From an uncultured Gammaproteobacteria bacterium (lineage in GTDB: Bacteria; Patescibacteriota; Microgenomatia; Levybacterales; UBA12049): 64,000 nucleotides of DNA. The stretch lies in the NCBI GenBank assembly GCA_964490105.1, contig CAZAZU010000001.1:155440-219439 (forward strand), read 5' to 3'. Below are positions 38,421 through 47,520 of this stretch, piece by piece. Made by a program: the position numbers and the translations under genes. Each line of letters starts with the position of its first letter. The first letter of the stretch is position 1. Under the pieces are notes generated by a model, which saw only the letters and a list, made by a program, of their open reading frames with translations, did not search any database and was not told the origin of the DNA.

Positions 38421-38855
38421 GTGAGTAAAATGTCTGATGATTTAGTACCAAAATCTTTCTGGAGTTTTCCTTCCTTTAGGTTCCCTTCTTTTGGTGACCT
38501 AGATAGAGATGATGATTGGCTGACGATTCCAGGTTTTTCAAATGGTCTTAGTGTATCTGAAGATGAAAATAAGGTTTATGTTTCAGCAGCACTGCCAGGG
38601 GTAAAGCCGGATCAGATTGAAGTAACTTACGATAAAGGCTATCTCTGGGTAAAAGGCGAAGTTAAAGAGGAAGAGGGAGATAATAAGAAATATTATAGAA
38701 AAGCATCCAGCTCCTTTTCCTATAGAGTAGCAGTTCCAGGAGAATTGGATCAAAACAAGGAACCAGAAGCTACATATAAAAATGGAATTATGACTGTGGA
38801 GTTCGCGAAAGTACCTAAAGCACCACCTAAGAAAATAAATATTAAAAGCACTTAA
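38421..38855 (+). CDS. small heat-shock protein (Hsp20/alpha-crystallin family)
   Basis: alpha-crystallin domain, GIMTVEFAKVPK C-terminal motif; probable ATG at 38430 after GAGGAGGTGA. Confidence 0.85.
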   Translation: MSKMSDDLVPKSFWSFPSFRFPSFGDLDRDDDWLTIPGFSNGLSVSEDENKVYVSAALPGVKPDQIEVTYDKGYLWVKGEVKEEEGDNKKYYRKASSSFSYRVAVPGELDQNKEPEATYKNGIMTVEFAKVPKAPPKKINIKST

Positions 38856-38862
38856 GCTTTTA

Positions 38863-38887
38863 ACCCCGCTTGTGCGGGGTTTTTTAT
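38863..38887 (+). terminator. rho-independent terminator of hsp20
   Basis: AACCCCGC-TTGT-GCGGGGTT followed by TTTTTATTATTTT. Confidence 0.7.
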
Positions 38888-38901
38888 TATTTTAAAATAT
38901 A

Positions 38902-39858
38902 TTGATGAAGCGGACGATTTGTGCATTTTTTTGTCTTTTAATAGTTTTTCTTGGCGGGACTGGGTTATATTTTCACCACGAGAGAGCCAATGCGAAAAAT
39001 ATAGATTCTCCTCTTCCGGAAGATTTAAGTAAAAACAATAACTCAGAAATAACGAGTCTGGATTTTTGGCTTCCAAGCCTTTTTGGCTTATTTGATTCTA
39101 ATGAAGTGCCTCAGCTTTCAGCTAAATCAGCCTTAGTTTATGATCTTACAGATGAAGTGACTGTTTACGAAAAAAATTCAGAGGAGCGTCTTCCTATGGC
39201 ATCTATTACAAAGCTAATGACTGCAGTTGTTGCAATTGATCATAAAAGGCCCGATGACAGGTATGTTGTATACGAGGAAGCCCTTGTTGGAGAAAATACG
39301 ATAGGTCTCTCAGCGGGTGAAGTAATGACACTTGAAGAACTCTTGTACGGAGTTTTTATGTATTCAGCTAATGATGCAGCTGAAACCCTAGCAATTAACA
39401 CTATGGATCGAAGTGAATTTATAAATACTATGAATAAAAAAGCAAAAGCCATAGGGTTATCTAATACTAATTTTACAAATCCCACCGGGCTTCAAGGGGA
39501 CGGAGATCAATACACAACTGCATATGACTTATTAGTGCTAGCTCGTTATATAGTTGCAAATTATCCTCAAATTATAAAAGCCTCGTCAACTGAAGAAATT
39601 GTTCTTGAGGAATCCAGCGACCATTATGAATACCATTTGTATAATCAGCTAAATCTTATTACAAGTTACCCTGGAGTTAAGGGTTTGAAAGATGGATATA
39701 CTCCTGAAGCAGGACTTTGCTTGGTCACTTATCTTGATTATAAAGGGCATCAGATGATAGGGATTATTCTTGGAAGCGAGAACAGAAGACAGGAGATGAA
39801 AGATTTGCTGGACTATTCACTCACTAAGCAAGGTGTTAAGCCACCGGCCCATGATTAA
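38902..39858 (+). CDS. D-alanyl-D-alanine carboxypeptidase (PBP5/6, S11 family)
   Basis: N-terminal TM; SxxK (ASITK), SxN (YSANDAAE), KxG (LKDG) motifs. Confidence 0.8.
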   Translation: MMKRTICAFFCLLIVFLGGTGLYFHHERANAKNIDSPLPEDLSKNNNSEITSLDFWLPSLFGLFDSNEVPQLSAKSALVYDLTDEVTVYEKNSEERLPMASITKLMTAVVAIDHKRPDDRYVVYEEALVGENTIGLSAGEVMTLEELLYGVFMYSANDAAETLAINTMDRSEFINTMNKKAKAIGLSNTNFTNPTGLQGDGDQYTTAYDLLVLARYIVANYPQIIKASSTEEIVLEESSDHYEYHLYNQLNLITSYPGVKGLKDGYTPEAGLCLVTYLDYKGHQMIGIILGSENRRQEMKDLLDYSLTKQGVKPPAHD

Positions 39859-39912
39859 GTTTTAGAATTTCGTTTGCCTTGAATACTTATGGTTTAGTAT
39901 AATACTTCTTGC

Positions 39913-39995
39913 GCCGCGGTGGTGGAATGGTAGACACGAAGGCCTTAAGAGCCTTTTCCCTTTCGGGAGTGGAGGTTCGAGTCCTCTTCGCGGTA
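39913..39995 (+). tRNA. tRNA-Leu(TAA)
   Basis: type II tRNA, anticodon loop CUUAAGA, long variable arm, T-loop UUCGAGU. Confidence 0.8.
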
Positions 39996-40010
39996 CATAG
40001 AGATATTTTT

Positions 40011-40083
40011 CGGGGTTTAGCTCAGTTGGTAGAGCGCGCGGTTTGGGACCGTGAGGTCGGAGGTTCGAGCCCTCTAACCCCGA
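40011..40083 (+). tRNA. tRNA-Pro(TGG)
   Basis: acceptor CGGGGUU/AACCCCG, anticodon loop UUUGGGA. Confidence 0.8.
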
Positions 40084-40089
40084 CTTATT

Positions 40090-40779
40090 ATGCCAGAACA
40101 AGGAGAACCTAGACCGCCAATTTCCAGGGTTGAACCAGCTGAAGTATCAAGGAATATTAGAGATTTAGCTGTTGATTATGCTGGATATTTTGGAGTCTAT
40201 GTTGCAGGCAGAGGAGAATATGATAGGGCGTCAGACAGGGTTGGGCCTCTGGAGGGGATAGTTGAAAGATTTCCCGCTCAAGCAGATAGAATAAAATTAT
40301 TAGATGCACATTTAGAAAGAGCGTATGAACTGAAAAAAGGATTTTTTACCGCTCGGGTGCCATCCTACGATAGAGATCCAGAAATAGATTTAGGTAGTCG
40401 TTTAACTTCTTTTTTCGGCAAGCCTCAGCCGAGAGTATCAGTTTCAGGAACACCCCCCGATTATACCTTTGCATCAGTTAGACACCCAGTGGCTCGGCCG
40501 TTGTTGGATTTGATTAATATCGCTATCGCAGTAGATGATGATGTTATGGATAATCCAAACGAGCGCGCGAATAGACTGAAGTCAAATGGTGACAAAATGG
40601 TTCAGGATTTAGTTGGAAAGGACAGAGACCCAAAGAAACTTCTTAGAATCACAGACGTAGCAGTATTAGAGGCTGTATTTGATGGAAGATTAAGATTACC
40701 TGCTTCTCCTGGTAAGCCTTTATATCCAGATCAAGAAATTCGCGTTGGTTCCAGCGAATTACCAGACGAAAGTGCGTGA
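40090..40779 (+). CDS. hypothetical protein, GC-shifted orphan abutting tRNA-Pro
   Basis: 229 aa; ATG a few nt after tRNA 3' end with no SD; N-term GEPRPPIS resembles 49804..50163 (GEERPPIG). Confidence 0.5.
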   Translation: MPEQGEPRPPISRVEPAEVSRNIRDLAVDYAGYFGVYVAGRGEYDRASDRVGPLEGIVERFPAQADRIKLLDAHLERAYELKKGFFTARVPSYDRDPEIDLGSRLTSFFGKPQPRVSVSGTPPDYTFASVRHPVARPLLDLINIAIAVDDDVMDNPNERANRLKSNGDKMVQDLVGKDRDPKKLLRITDVAVLEAVFDGRLRLPASPGKPLYPDQEIRVGSSELPDESA

Positions 40780-40782
40780 TCT

Positions 40783-41373
40783 TTAGTTTTCAAGTTGCGC
40801 ATAAGCAACAGTCCTTTCCGAGTAGTTTTTTGTAGCTTTATCGAATTCGCCCTCACAGGTTATAAGATTTAAATATTTTCCAGATGTATCTGCGAAAACT
40901 TCCTGAAGCGGAAATTTATCAAAAGGATATGTTTCGATCCTGGTAACTATGAAAACTAACTCTTTTCCGTTTTTATCAGTTACTTTTATCTCATCTCCCT
41001 TTTGAAGTTTTTTAAGATCCCAGAAAACTGCAGGGGCACCTTTTGGATCGTCCAAATGTCCTGCCATGACAGCGCTTCCGATCTCCCCTGGTTTCGCTCC
41101 CAAGTTATACCAGCCGACATTCTTAGCATCTTTTGGAACATCCATATTTTTCTTTTCATCTAATCCTACGTATTCCACATTGGAAGTGATACTAATACTC
41201 GGAATTTCAAGCTTAACTGGAAGTCCTATGTCTTTTTGGTCTTCAGGGTTTTGATGCGCGATTTTACCTGAAGTTGTGGTTCTGGTTGAAGATTCAGTAG
41301 CGGACAAATTTCTATAAAGAAAGCCCGCTAAAATCACACCTATGAATAGAATAAGAAATGATAGTTTCTTCAT
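40783..41373 (-). CDS. sortase family protein (second copy)
   Basis: signal/TM; LEIPSISI, catalytic His (VMAGHLDD), Cys (LNLITCEG), Arg (ERTVAY). Confidence 0.75.
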   Translation of the reverse strand: MKKLSFLILFIGVILAGFLYRNLSATESSTRTTTSGKIAHQNPEDQKDIGLPVKLEIPSISITSNVEYVGLDEKKNMDVPKDAKNVGWYNLGAKPGEIGSAVMAGHLDDPKGAPAVFWDLKKLQKGDEIKVTDKNGKELVFIVTRIETYPFDKFPLQEVFADTSGKYLNLITCEGEFDKATKNYSERTVAYAQLEN

Positions 41374-41412
41374 TAATAAATACAGACACCTTAAATTAAG
41401 GTGTCTTTCACG

Positions 41413-41562
41413 TTATCTTCCAAATCCCGTGGATGGTGCTCCTGCGGGAACGGTAGCGCTTGTTGGTGCGGGAGTCACAGTTGGGGTCGCAGTTTGAGCC
41501 TGCGCTAATCCGACTACTCCTGCAAACATAAGCGTAAGTGCTAGTATTGTTGCTTTTAACAT
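41413..41562 (-). CDS. unannotated small secreted peptide (49 aa) upstream of sortase
   Basis: not in ORF track (<60 aa); SD GGGGGTGA 5 nt before ATG; MLKATILALTLMFAGVVGLAQA signal then TATPTVTPAPTSATVPAGAPSTGFGR; hairpin AGACACCTTAA-ATT-TAAGGTGTCT before sortase start. Confidence 0.4.
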   Translation of the reverse strand: MLKATILALTLMFAGVVGLAQAQTATPTVTPAPTSATVPAGAPSTGFGR

Positions 41563-41676
41563 TTCATCACCCCCTTCAAGCAATTAGTGTCTAATATTGA
41601 TGTGAAAGTCTAGCAAATCAGGAGTAAGAGAAGCATAAGAAAGAACTGGAAATTTGGTGCTTGGGGAAAACAACTG

Positions 41677-41747
41677 GAGCGGGTGAAGGGAATCGAACCC
41701 TCGTATCAACTTTGGAAAAGTTGTGTTCTACCATTGAACTACACCCG
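41677..41747 (-). tRNA. tRNA-Gly(TCC)
   Basis: acceptor GCGGGUG/CACCCGC; anticodon loop UUUCCAA; T-loop UUCGAUU. Confidence 0.8.
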
Positions 41748-41877
41748 CTAAATGGGACAAGCCTCGCGATTTTTCCCAACGATTTCCCTTTAAGGATCAT
41801 AAAATCGATACTTTTAGGCCACCGATTTTATGTTTTTAATTCTACCAAAATTGTGGGCTTAGTTCAATTTATTGAAT

Positions 41878-42642
41878 TTAAGGAGTCGGAGTAGTTTCTT
41901 CTGAAAGGCCGAGTTCGCTCCCTACAATTACCAATACTTCCCCATCTTCACCAGTTGCAAATTTCTTAACTTTTCCAACTGGCCCTCTTTTCTCTAGAAC
42001 TTTTGTTAGAGCTTCGATATATGAATCTGGTACATCTTCATTAACTGTGATTATTGTATCTGTATAGCTTGATTTATCAGCATTTCCTATATCTCCTACT
42101 TTAAATCCATCTTCTTCAAGCATTTCTCCGACACTTGCTCCCTCCCCTGCAATTCCGCTTCCATTCTGAACTTCTATGATATATGCCTCTTTATCAAGTG
42201 GTTCTTCTGTTGGAGTTGGAGAAGCTTCTGGGATTTCAAGTTTTTTCTCAGGTTCTTTCCTAAGCTTACTGGTATCGAAATTATCGCTGAAATATAAGAA
42301 ACCTCCAAATGCTAAAAATCCGATAGGAACAACGATAAGAATCGTTAAGAGTAATTTTTTAAATCCAAATCTGCTTCTAGAATTATCGTCCCCAATATTT
42401 ACAGGCATTTCCTCTGAATTTTCTTTTGTTTCAGTCTCCTCTATTTCTTCGGATTCTTTTTCTTCAGTTTCGTTAGATTCCTGCGATTTAATCTCTTCTT
42501 CGGCTGATTCAGCTTTTTCTGCCGGTGTAACTAGTTCTTCAATTTTAGGAGTGTTATCTTCAGTCTCTTCTACTTCTATCGTTACCTTAGCGCTTGGGAT
42601 TTCTGTGACTTTTTTAAATGTTTTCGGTTTTTTAATTGCCAT
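41878..42642 (-). CDS. membrane-anchored acidic protein with LytR_C domain
   Basis: Glu-rich N-term, one TM, C-terminal IIEVQNGSGIAGEGASVGEMLEEDGFKVGDIGNA typical of LytR/CpsA/Psr C-terminal domain. Confidence 0.65.
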   Translation of the reverse strand: MAIKKPKTFKKVTEIPSAKVTIEVEETEDNTPKIEELVTPAEKAESAEEEIKSQESNETEEKESEEIEETETKENSEEMPVNIGDDNSRSRFGFKKLLLTILIVVPIGFLAFGGFLYFSDNFDTSKLRKEPEKKLEIPEASPTPTEEPLDKEAYIIEVQNGSGIAGEGASVGEMLEEDGFKVGDIGNADKSSYTDTIITVNEDVPDSYIEALTKVLEKRGPVGKVKKFATGEDGEVLVIVGSELGLSEETTPTP

Positions 42643-42680
42643 TAAGTCTAGTTTAGGAAAGATTGGTTACTAAGTCAAAT

Positions 42681-43661
42681 TTAGCGGAGAGCTCTAAAAA
42701 TTATTATTGCAGCAGAAACAAATGGAATAGAAAGAAGTGCCCCAGCTACCCCCATAAGATTTCCTCCGACTAAAATCGCGATAATTATAATTACCGGATT
42801 AAGACCTACAGCTTTTTGCATTATTTTTGGAACTAGGAAATTGTTTTCAGCCAGCTGAATTCCTATATAGACTCCAATTACAGAGATTGCCATAACTGGT
42901 GAAATTGCGAGAGCGACGATTGTCGCTGGAATTGCAGCTATGATAGGTCCAAGTGTCGGTATAATCTCTAAAAAGCCTGCTAGGATAGCTAGAGGAAGCG
43001 CAAAGGGTATTCCAAGAATTGTTAGAGCCACCCAAGTAATAACTCCAATTGCTAAGGATAGTATAACTTGTCCTCTTAGCCATGCACCAAGTTTTTCTTC
43101 TACTAAGTGAATTGTCAGAATCCCCTTTTCCTTAAATTCTTCGGGTAAAAGACCGGGCACCGATCTTCCAATTCTATTTCTATCTATTAGCATGTAGAAG
43201 CTTAAGATGAACAAGGTAATTACAGAGAAAATTCCACCGAATACTTTAGATGTAACTGAAAACGCATTCTGCCCTACTGAGCTCGCAATAGGTGAAATAA
43301 CAGAATTAATCTGATCTTTATTTACTTGAATGCCCAATGCCTGGCTAGCAGTGTCTACATATGACGGGATAGCTTTAAGAAGTGACTGAATTTGAGAGAT
43401 AAAGAACGGAAGAATAGGAATGACTAAAAGTACTATAAATGCGATTACTATCGAATAAACAAATACTATTGCTGCGATTTTAGGCACTCTGTGGTGCATA
43501 AGCTGTCTTACGAATGGGTTTAATGCAGCCATGATGATGTAGGAAAGAAAAACAGTTACCAAAATATTTCTTATTTCAAAAAGAAATAAAGCGAGCGCTA
43601 CAATAAGAACTGTAGCTAAAACATGGTTATCTAGGGCGTATTTGACTATAGGATTTTTCAC
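42681..43661 (-). CDS. AI-2E family transporter (PerM/UPF0118)
   Basis: 8 TM topology and conserved C-terminal block of PF01594-like proteins. Confidence 0.8.
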   Translation of the reverse strand: MKNPIVKYALDNHVLATVLIVALALFLFEIRNILVTVFLSYIIMAALNPFVRQLMHHRVPKIAAIVFVYSIVIAFIVLLVIPILPFFISQIQSLLKAIPSYVDTASQALGIQVNKDQINSVISPIASSVGQNAFSVTSKVFGGIFSVITLFILSFYMLIDRNRIGRSVPGLLPEEFKEKGILTIHLVEEKLGAWLRGQVILSLAIGVITWVALTILGIPFALPLAILAGFLEIIPTLGPIIAAIPATIVALAISPVMAISVIGVYIGIQLAENNFLVPKIMQKAVGLNPVIIIIAILVGGNLMGVAGALLSIPFVSAAIIIFRALR

Positions 43662-43735
43662 TATCTTAATTATAGCATAACTTGTTTGATTTTAGGTTCA
43701 AAAGAATGATAAAATACGTCTAGCTAGTCGTGTTC

Positions 43736-43808
43736 GGCCCCGTAGCTCAACGGATAGAGCACATCGGTTCTAACGATTAGGTTGGGGGTTCGATTCCCTC
43801 CGGGGTCG
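43736..43808 (+). tRNA. tRNA-Arg(TCT)
   Basis: acceptor GGCCCCG/CGGGGUC, D-arm GCUCAACGGAUAGAGC, anticodon loop GUUCUAA (one 27-43 mismatch), T-loop UUCGAUU. Confidence 0.65.
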
Positions 43809-43812
43809 CAAA

Positions 43813-44286
43813 TTATTTAGTTTCGTCAAAAGGAGGAAGCTCTCTTTTTTCAGCTGCACCCTCAATTTTACTATTTACTTTGTTTTCTGTTTGAAAAACT
43901 ACTTTAAAGATTTTATTTTTCTTTCTCCAAAATTTAGAAGCATCTTTTAGAGTATCTAGGAATATATCTAAATCCTTTTCTAGGAGTGATTCTGAGTTTA
44001 TTATGAATAGAATGTATCCTTTTTCACTTTTTATCCAATAAAGATCGGAAATGCATTCATCAAAAGCATTCCAATTGTTACCAAAATAGTACGGAAACTG
44101 TAGTGCGCTAGAAAATTCTTTAAAAAGTTCTTTTGAGTTTGTACAGTTTTCGCCGCGTATAAGTTTTGAAACTACTCCATTTTTTTCTGAGTCGTTTGAA
44201 AATATATTAATATCCCTAGGCCTTGTCTTTACCAAAAAAAATGATGAACTGCCTGAGGTCAATAATTCATTCCAGTTTAAATTCAT
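43813..44286 (-). CDS. barstar-like ribonuclease inhibitor family protein
   Basis: LQFPYYFGNNWNAFDECISDL matches barstar core; no barnase-like gene adjacent. Confidence 0.6.
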   Translation of the reverse strand: MNLNWNELLTSGSSSFFLVKTRPRDINIFSNDSEKNGVVSKLIRGENCTNSKELFKEFSSALQFPYYFGNNWNAFDECISDLYWIKSEKGYILFIINSESLLEKDLDIFLDTLKDASKFWRKKNKIFKVVFQTENKVNSKIEGAAEKRELPPFDETK

Positions 44287-45146
44287 TGTGCAGAAGAAAG
44301 ATGCTCCACTGTTCCCTCGTCGAATTTGGCCGAGGTTTTAATAATGTTTGTATCGTTCTCAATTTCTTTAATTCCTACATAAATAAATTTAGATTTATGT
44401 CCGTGTTTGATAAGATACTTGTGCATTTCAAGATCTCCCGGGCTATCGCCAAAAGTTTCAAATTCTTCTGGTTCTCCCCTCCCCTTTATTAAAGATAAAA
44501 ATCTTTCCACTCCTAAATCTTTTCCTACATGCGGGTTTTGAATGTCGGTCGCAATTATGCTTGGTTCAATCACGAGATTTGAGAGCCCTAAATGCTCCAG
44601 GATTTTTTTCATTTCTTCTACAAGACTTTCTTGTTCTTCATGAAATTTATTTAAATCTTTTCCCTTAATAAATTCTGTAGAGATCATAGTTCTCTTGGTT
44701 TCGTCAAAAAACATCGTGTCAGAGTATTTAAATGAAATTAGATCTCGAATTTTCTGTGTTAATTCATCTGGAATTGATATTTGAGGATCCACTATATTTT
44801 CAATTTTTCCATTTTTATAATCTCCCCATGTTCCGCCTTTTTCTCCTACGAAAAATACATTATAAAGGAGGTCTTTATTTATTAACGTCGACTCCAGTGG
44901 TTTGAGTACTTCTTCAATTACAAATTCTAAAGCTCTTCCTGTGTTAAAACCTAAAATCTCACCTCTTTCTAATATTTCAGAAAGTTTTTTAATAATCTGG
45001 GGATTTGCCTTTTTAAATTCCGGATTTGTGATAACTCCGTCTACATCAAATAACCATGCTTTCATAATCATATTATACAAGTTTGTGTCTAAGATGATAT
45101 ACTTTTCCCATGAAAATAGCTGTTCTTGGGGGTCGGTTTGATCCAA
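44283..45146 (-). CDS. HAD-superfamily hydrolase
   Basis: motif I LFDVDGVIT, motif IV FGDSPGDLEM; likely start at internal Met (about 45065-45071). Confidence 0.7.
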   Translation of the reverse strand: MDQTDPQEQLFSWEKYIILDTNLYNMIMKAWLFDVDGVITNPEFKKANPQIIKKLSEILERGEILGFNTGRALEFVIEEVLKPLESTLINKDLLYNVFFVGEKGGTWGDYKNGKIENIVDPQISIPDELTQKIRDLISFKYSDTMFFDETKRTMISTEFIKGKDLNKFHEEQESLVEEMKKILEHLGLSNLVIEPSIIATDIQNPHVGKDLGVERFLSLIKGRGEPEEFETFGDSPGDLEMHKYLIKHGHKSKFIYVGIKEIENDTNIIKTSAKFDEGTVEHLSSAQ

Positions 45147-45676
45147 TTCACGTAGGACATCTTCTTATTGCCCGTCAAGTATTAGAATTTGATTCTACAA
45201 TTGACAAGGTTTTATTTGTTCCAGCTTATGAGCACCACTGGAAACCCATACAGGCAAGTCCGGAGGACAGAGTCGAAATGATTAAGTTGGTTCTTGAGGA
45301 AAGAATGGAAGTCTCAGATATTGAAATAAAAAGAAAAGGCGTAAGTTATTCGATTGATACCATTAGAGCTTTAAAATCTGAAACCGGCGCTGAAATTGTT
45401 TGGGTAGTCGGGTCGGACATTGTAAGAGAGTTTGATAAATGGAAGGATGCAGACCAGTTAGTCAAAGAAGCGACTTTTTTAGTTTTTCCAAGAGATCCTT
45501 ATAAATTGCCAAAAGATTTACCACAAGGATTTAAGTTAGTTGAGTCCTCTACTCTTCAGGTCGCAAACTTCTCATCAACTGTAATTAGAGAAAGAATAAA
45601 AGCAGGAAAAACGATAAAATATCTGGTATCAGAAAAAGTAGAAGAATATATTAAAGAAAATAATTTATATGTTTAA
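45110..45676 (+). CDS. nadD: nicotinate-nucleotide adenylyltransferase
   Basis: GGRFDPIHVGHL (H/TxGH) nucleotidyltransferase motif; 188 aa. Confidence 0.85.
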   Translation: MKIAVLGGRFDPIHVGHLLIARQVLEFDSTIDKVLFVPAYEHHWKPIQASPEDRVEMIKLVLEERMEVSDIEIKRKGVSYSIDTIRALKSETGAEIVWVVGSDIVREFDKWKDADQLVKEATFLVFPRDPYKLPKDLPQGFKLVESSTLQVANFSSTVIRERIKAGKTIKYLVSEKVEEYIKENNLYV

Positions 45677-46427
45677 CAACTTGCTTGAGATAGATCCAGC
45701 GCAGGAAGAAAAAAAGATTTTAGAGTTTTTAAAAAAGACTTTTAGTGAGCAGAAAATCGAAAAAGCAGTAATTGGAATTTCAGGAGGAGTAGATTCGGCG
45801 ACCAGTCTTTATTTACTATCTAAATTAATTAGTCCGGAAAACATAATCGCCATACACCTTCCCTACTTTAATGAAATAGATCCTGACGTAAAAATTATCG
45901 AAGAAGAGCTTGGAATTAGGACTACTAAGATTTCCATAAATAAACTAGCTGATGAAATGTTCTCCTGGCTAGAAATACCTAAAGACGATATCGTCCGGCG
46001 CGGAAATATTATGGCGCGCGTAAGAATGATTACACTTTTTGATTTTGCTAAAAAGAATAACGCTATGGTGGTAGGTACTGAAAACAGATCCGAATATCAG
46101 CTGGGATATTTTACAAGGTTTGGCGACGAAGCCTCAGACATAGAGCCTTTGCAGCATCTTTATAAAACTCAAATTTATAAACTTGCCAAGCATTTAGGAG
46201 TTCCGGATTCAATTCTTACAAAAGCGCCATCTGCAAATCTTTGGAAGGCGCAAACAGATGAGGGTGAATTTGGTTTTAGCTATGAAGAGGCTGATCCAGT
46301 ACTTTATTTATATTTTGATAAGAAAAATCCTGTATGGACAATTGAATCAATGCATCAGGGAGCAAAAAAAATTATAGAATTTGCAGAAAAATTTACCTTT
46401 AAGCACCGCGTGCCATATCACTTGTAA
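45669..46427 (+). CDS. nadE: NH3-dependent NAD+ synthetase
   Basis: PP-loop IGISGGVDSA; overlaps nadD by 8 nt. Confidence 0.85.
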   Translation: MFNNLLEIDPAQEEKKILEFLKKTFSEQKIEKAVIGISGGVDSATSLYLLSKLISPENIIAIHLPYFNEIDPDVKIIEEELGIRTTKISINKLADEMFSWLEIPKDDIVRRGNIMARVRMITLFDFAKKNNAMVVGTENRSEYQLGYFTRFGDEASDIEPLQHLYKTQIYKLAKHLGVPDSILTKAPSANLWKAQTDEGEFGFSYEEADPVLYLYFDKKNPVWTIESMHQGAKKIIEFAEKFTFKHRVPYHL

Positions 46428-47097
46428 ATATAGGAATTGAATTTACCCAGCCACTTGTTACCTCAGCAACTCTTGGCAAAACCTCATTCACGAATTTCTC
46501 ATTTGGCATTCTGTCAGCCTGATCGCCTGTAAAATTTAATGCGGCAAATCTATCGTTAAGATCTGGATCAGGAATTGCTATTTTTCTGCCATCTTTAAAT
46601 CTGTGCTGCGCATCTTTCATTAATCCCTCTACCTCTACAAGGGTATGCGGTACTGGCACTATTCCGCCTCTCGATTTTATAAAAATATTCCATGCTCCCC
46701 ACCAGCCAGGAGAACCCTCTTCGAATTTAGATGCAATGGATTCTTTTATCGGAAACGCTTGTTGTCCCTTTCTTGCAATTTCCACACCTAATGCTATCTG
46801 ATGTTTCGGATCTGCTGAAGGCTGGTCCCAATCTCCTCTGGTATGCCTAACTGAAGTGTAATCTAGCGAATGAAAACCATATTGCGCGGCAACAATCCCA
46901 ACTAGTCCTAGGAGCTGAAAATACGCTGGATCTAAATCTTGGTGATCTTGGGCATACCACTTGACGTCTCTTGGCCACTGAGCACTATAAAAATGAGAAC
47001 GTTCAAATGCGGTATATGAAGAAACAGAATCTGTACCCCTAACTATTCTTTTCTGATCTTCTATTGTTTCTACATTTGCAGGAATTTCTCTAGACAT
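46399..47097 (-). CDS. hypothetical protein (GC-shifted), convergent with nadE with 29-nt overlap
   Basis: 232 aa Trp/Asp-rich protein with no recognisable motif. Confidence 0.45.
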   Translation of the reverse strand: MSREIPANVETIEDQKRIVRGTDSVSSYTAFERSHFYSAQWPRDVKWYAQDHQDLDPAYFQLLGLVGIVAAQYGFHSLDYTSVRHTRGDWDQPSADPKHQIALGVEIARKGQQAFPIKESIASKFEEGSPGWWGAWNIFIKSRGGIVPVPHTLVEVEGLMKDAQHRFKDGRKIAIPDPDLNDRFAALNFTGDQADRMPNEKFVNEVLPRVAEVTSGWVNSIPIFTSDMARGA

Positions 47098-47142
47098 AAG
47101 GAGGAATTATATCAATTATTTTGTAATATTTTACGTTTGATA

Positions 47143-47454
47143 CTATGAATATTTTTGTGCAAATTTTGAAATCTCATTTATTACAGGAATAATTGCTCTA
47201 CCCTTTTCAGTGAGAGCATAAACCACAGATACTTTATCAAGCGTTTCTTCTTTTCTATTAACTAATCCGTCTTTTTCGAGCTTTTTAAGCCGATCTGAAA
47301 GTGTTGCAGGATTAAGACCTTTAATAGAGCGCTGAATTTCAACAAATCTCAATTCCTTTTCAGAAAGGTGGTTGATAATGCACAGCATGTGAGCTTCAGC
47401 GATTGTTGTTATCGCATGATCTATTTCGTTGGGCTTAACTTTACTAGTTGACAT
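47143..47454 (-). CDS. HxlR-family transcriptional regulator
   Basis: winged HTH with RFVEIQRSIKGLNPATLSDRLKKLEKDGLV. Confidence 0.75.
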   Translation of the reverse strand: MSTSKVKPNEIDHAITTIAEAHMLCIINHLSEKELRFVEIQRSIKGLNPATLSDRLKKLEKDGLVNRKEETLDKVSVVYALTEKGRAIIPVINEISKFAQKYS

Positions 47455-47520
47455 ACTTAATTTTCTGTAGTACTATAAATTTTATAGCGCTATAGAATAT
47501 ATAGCAATTATAACATAAAT

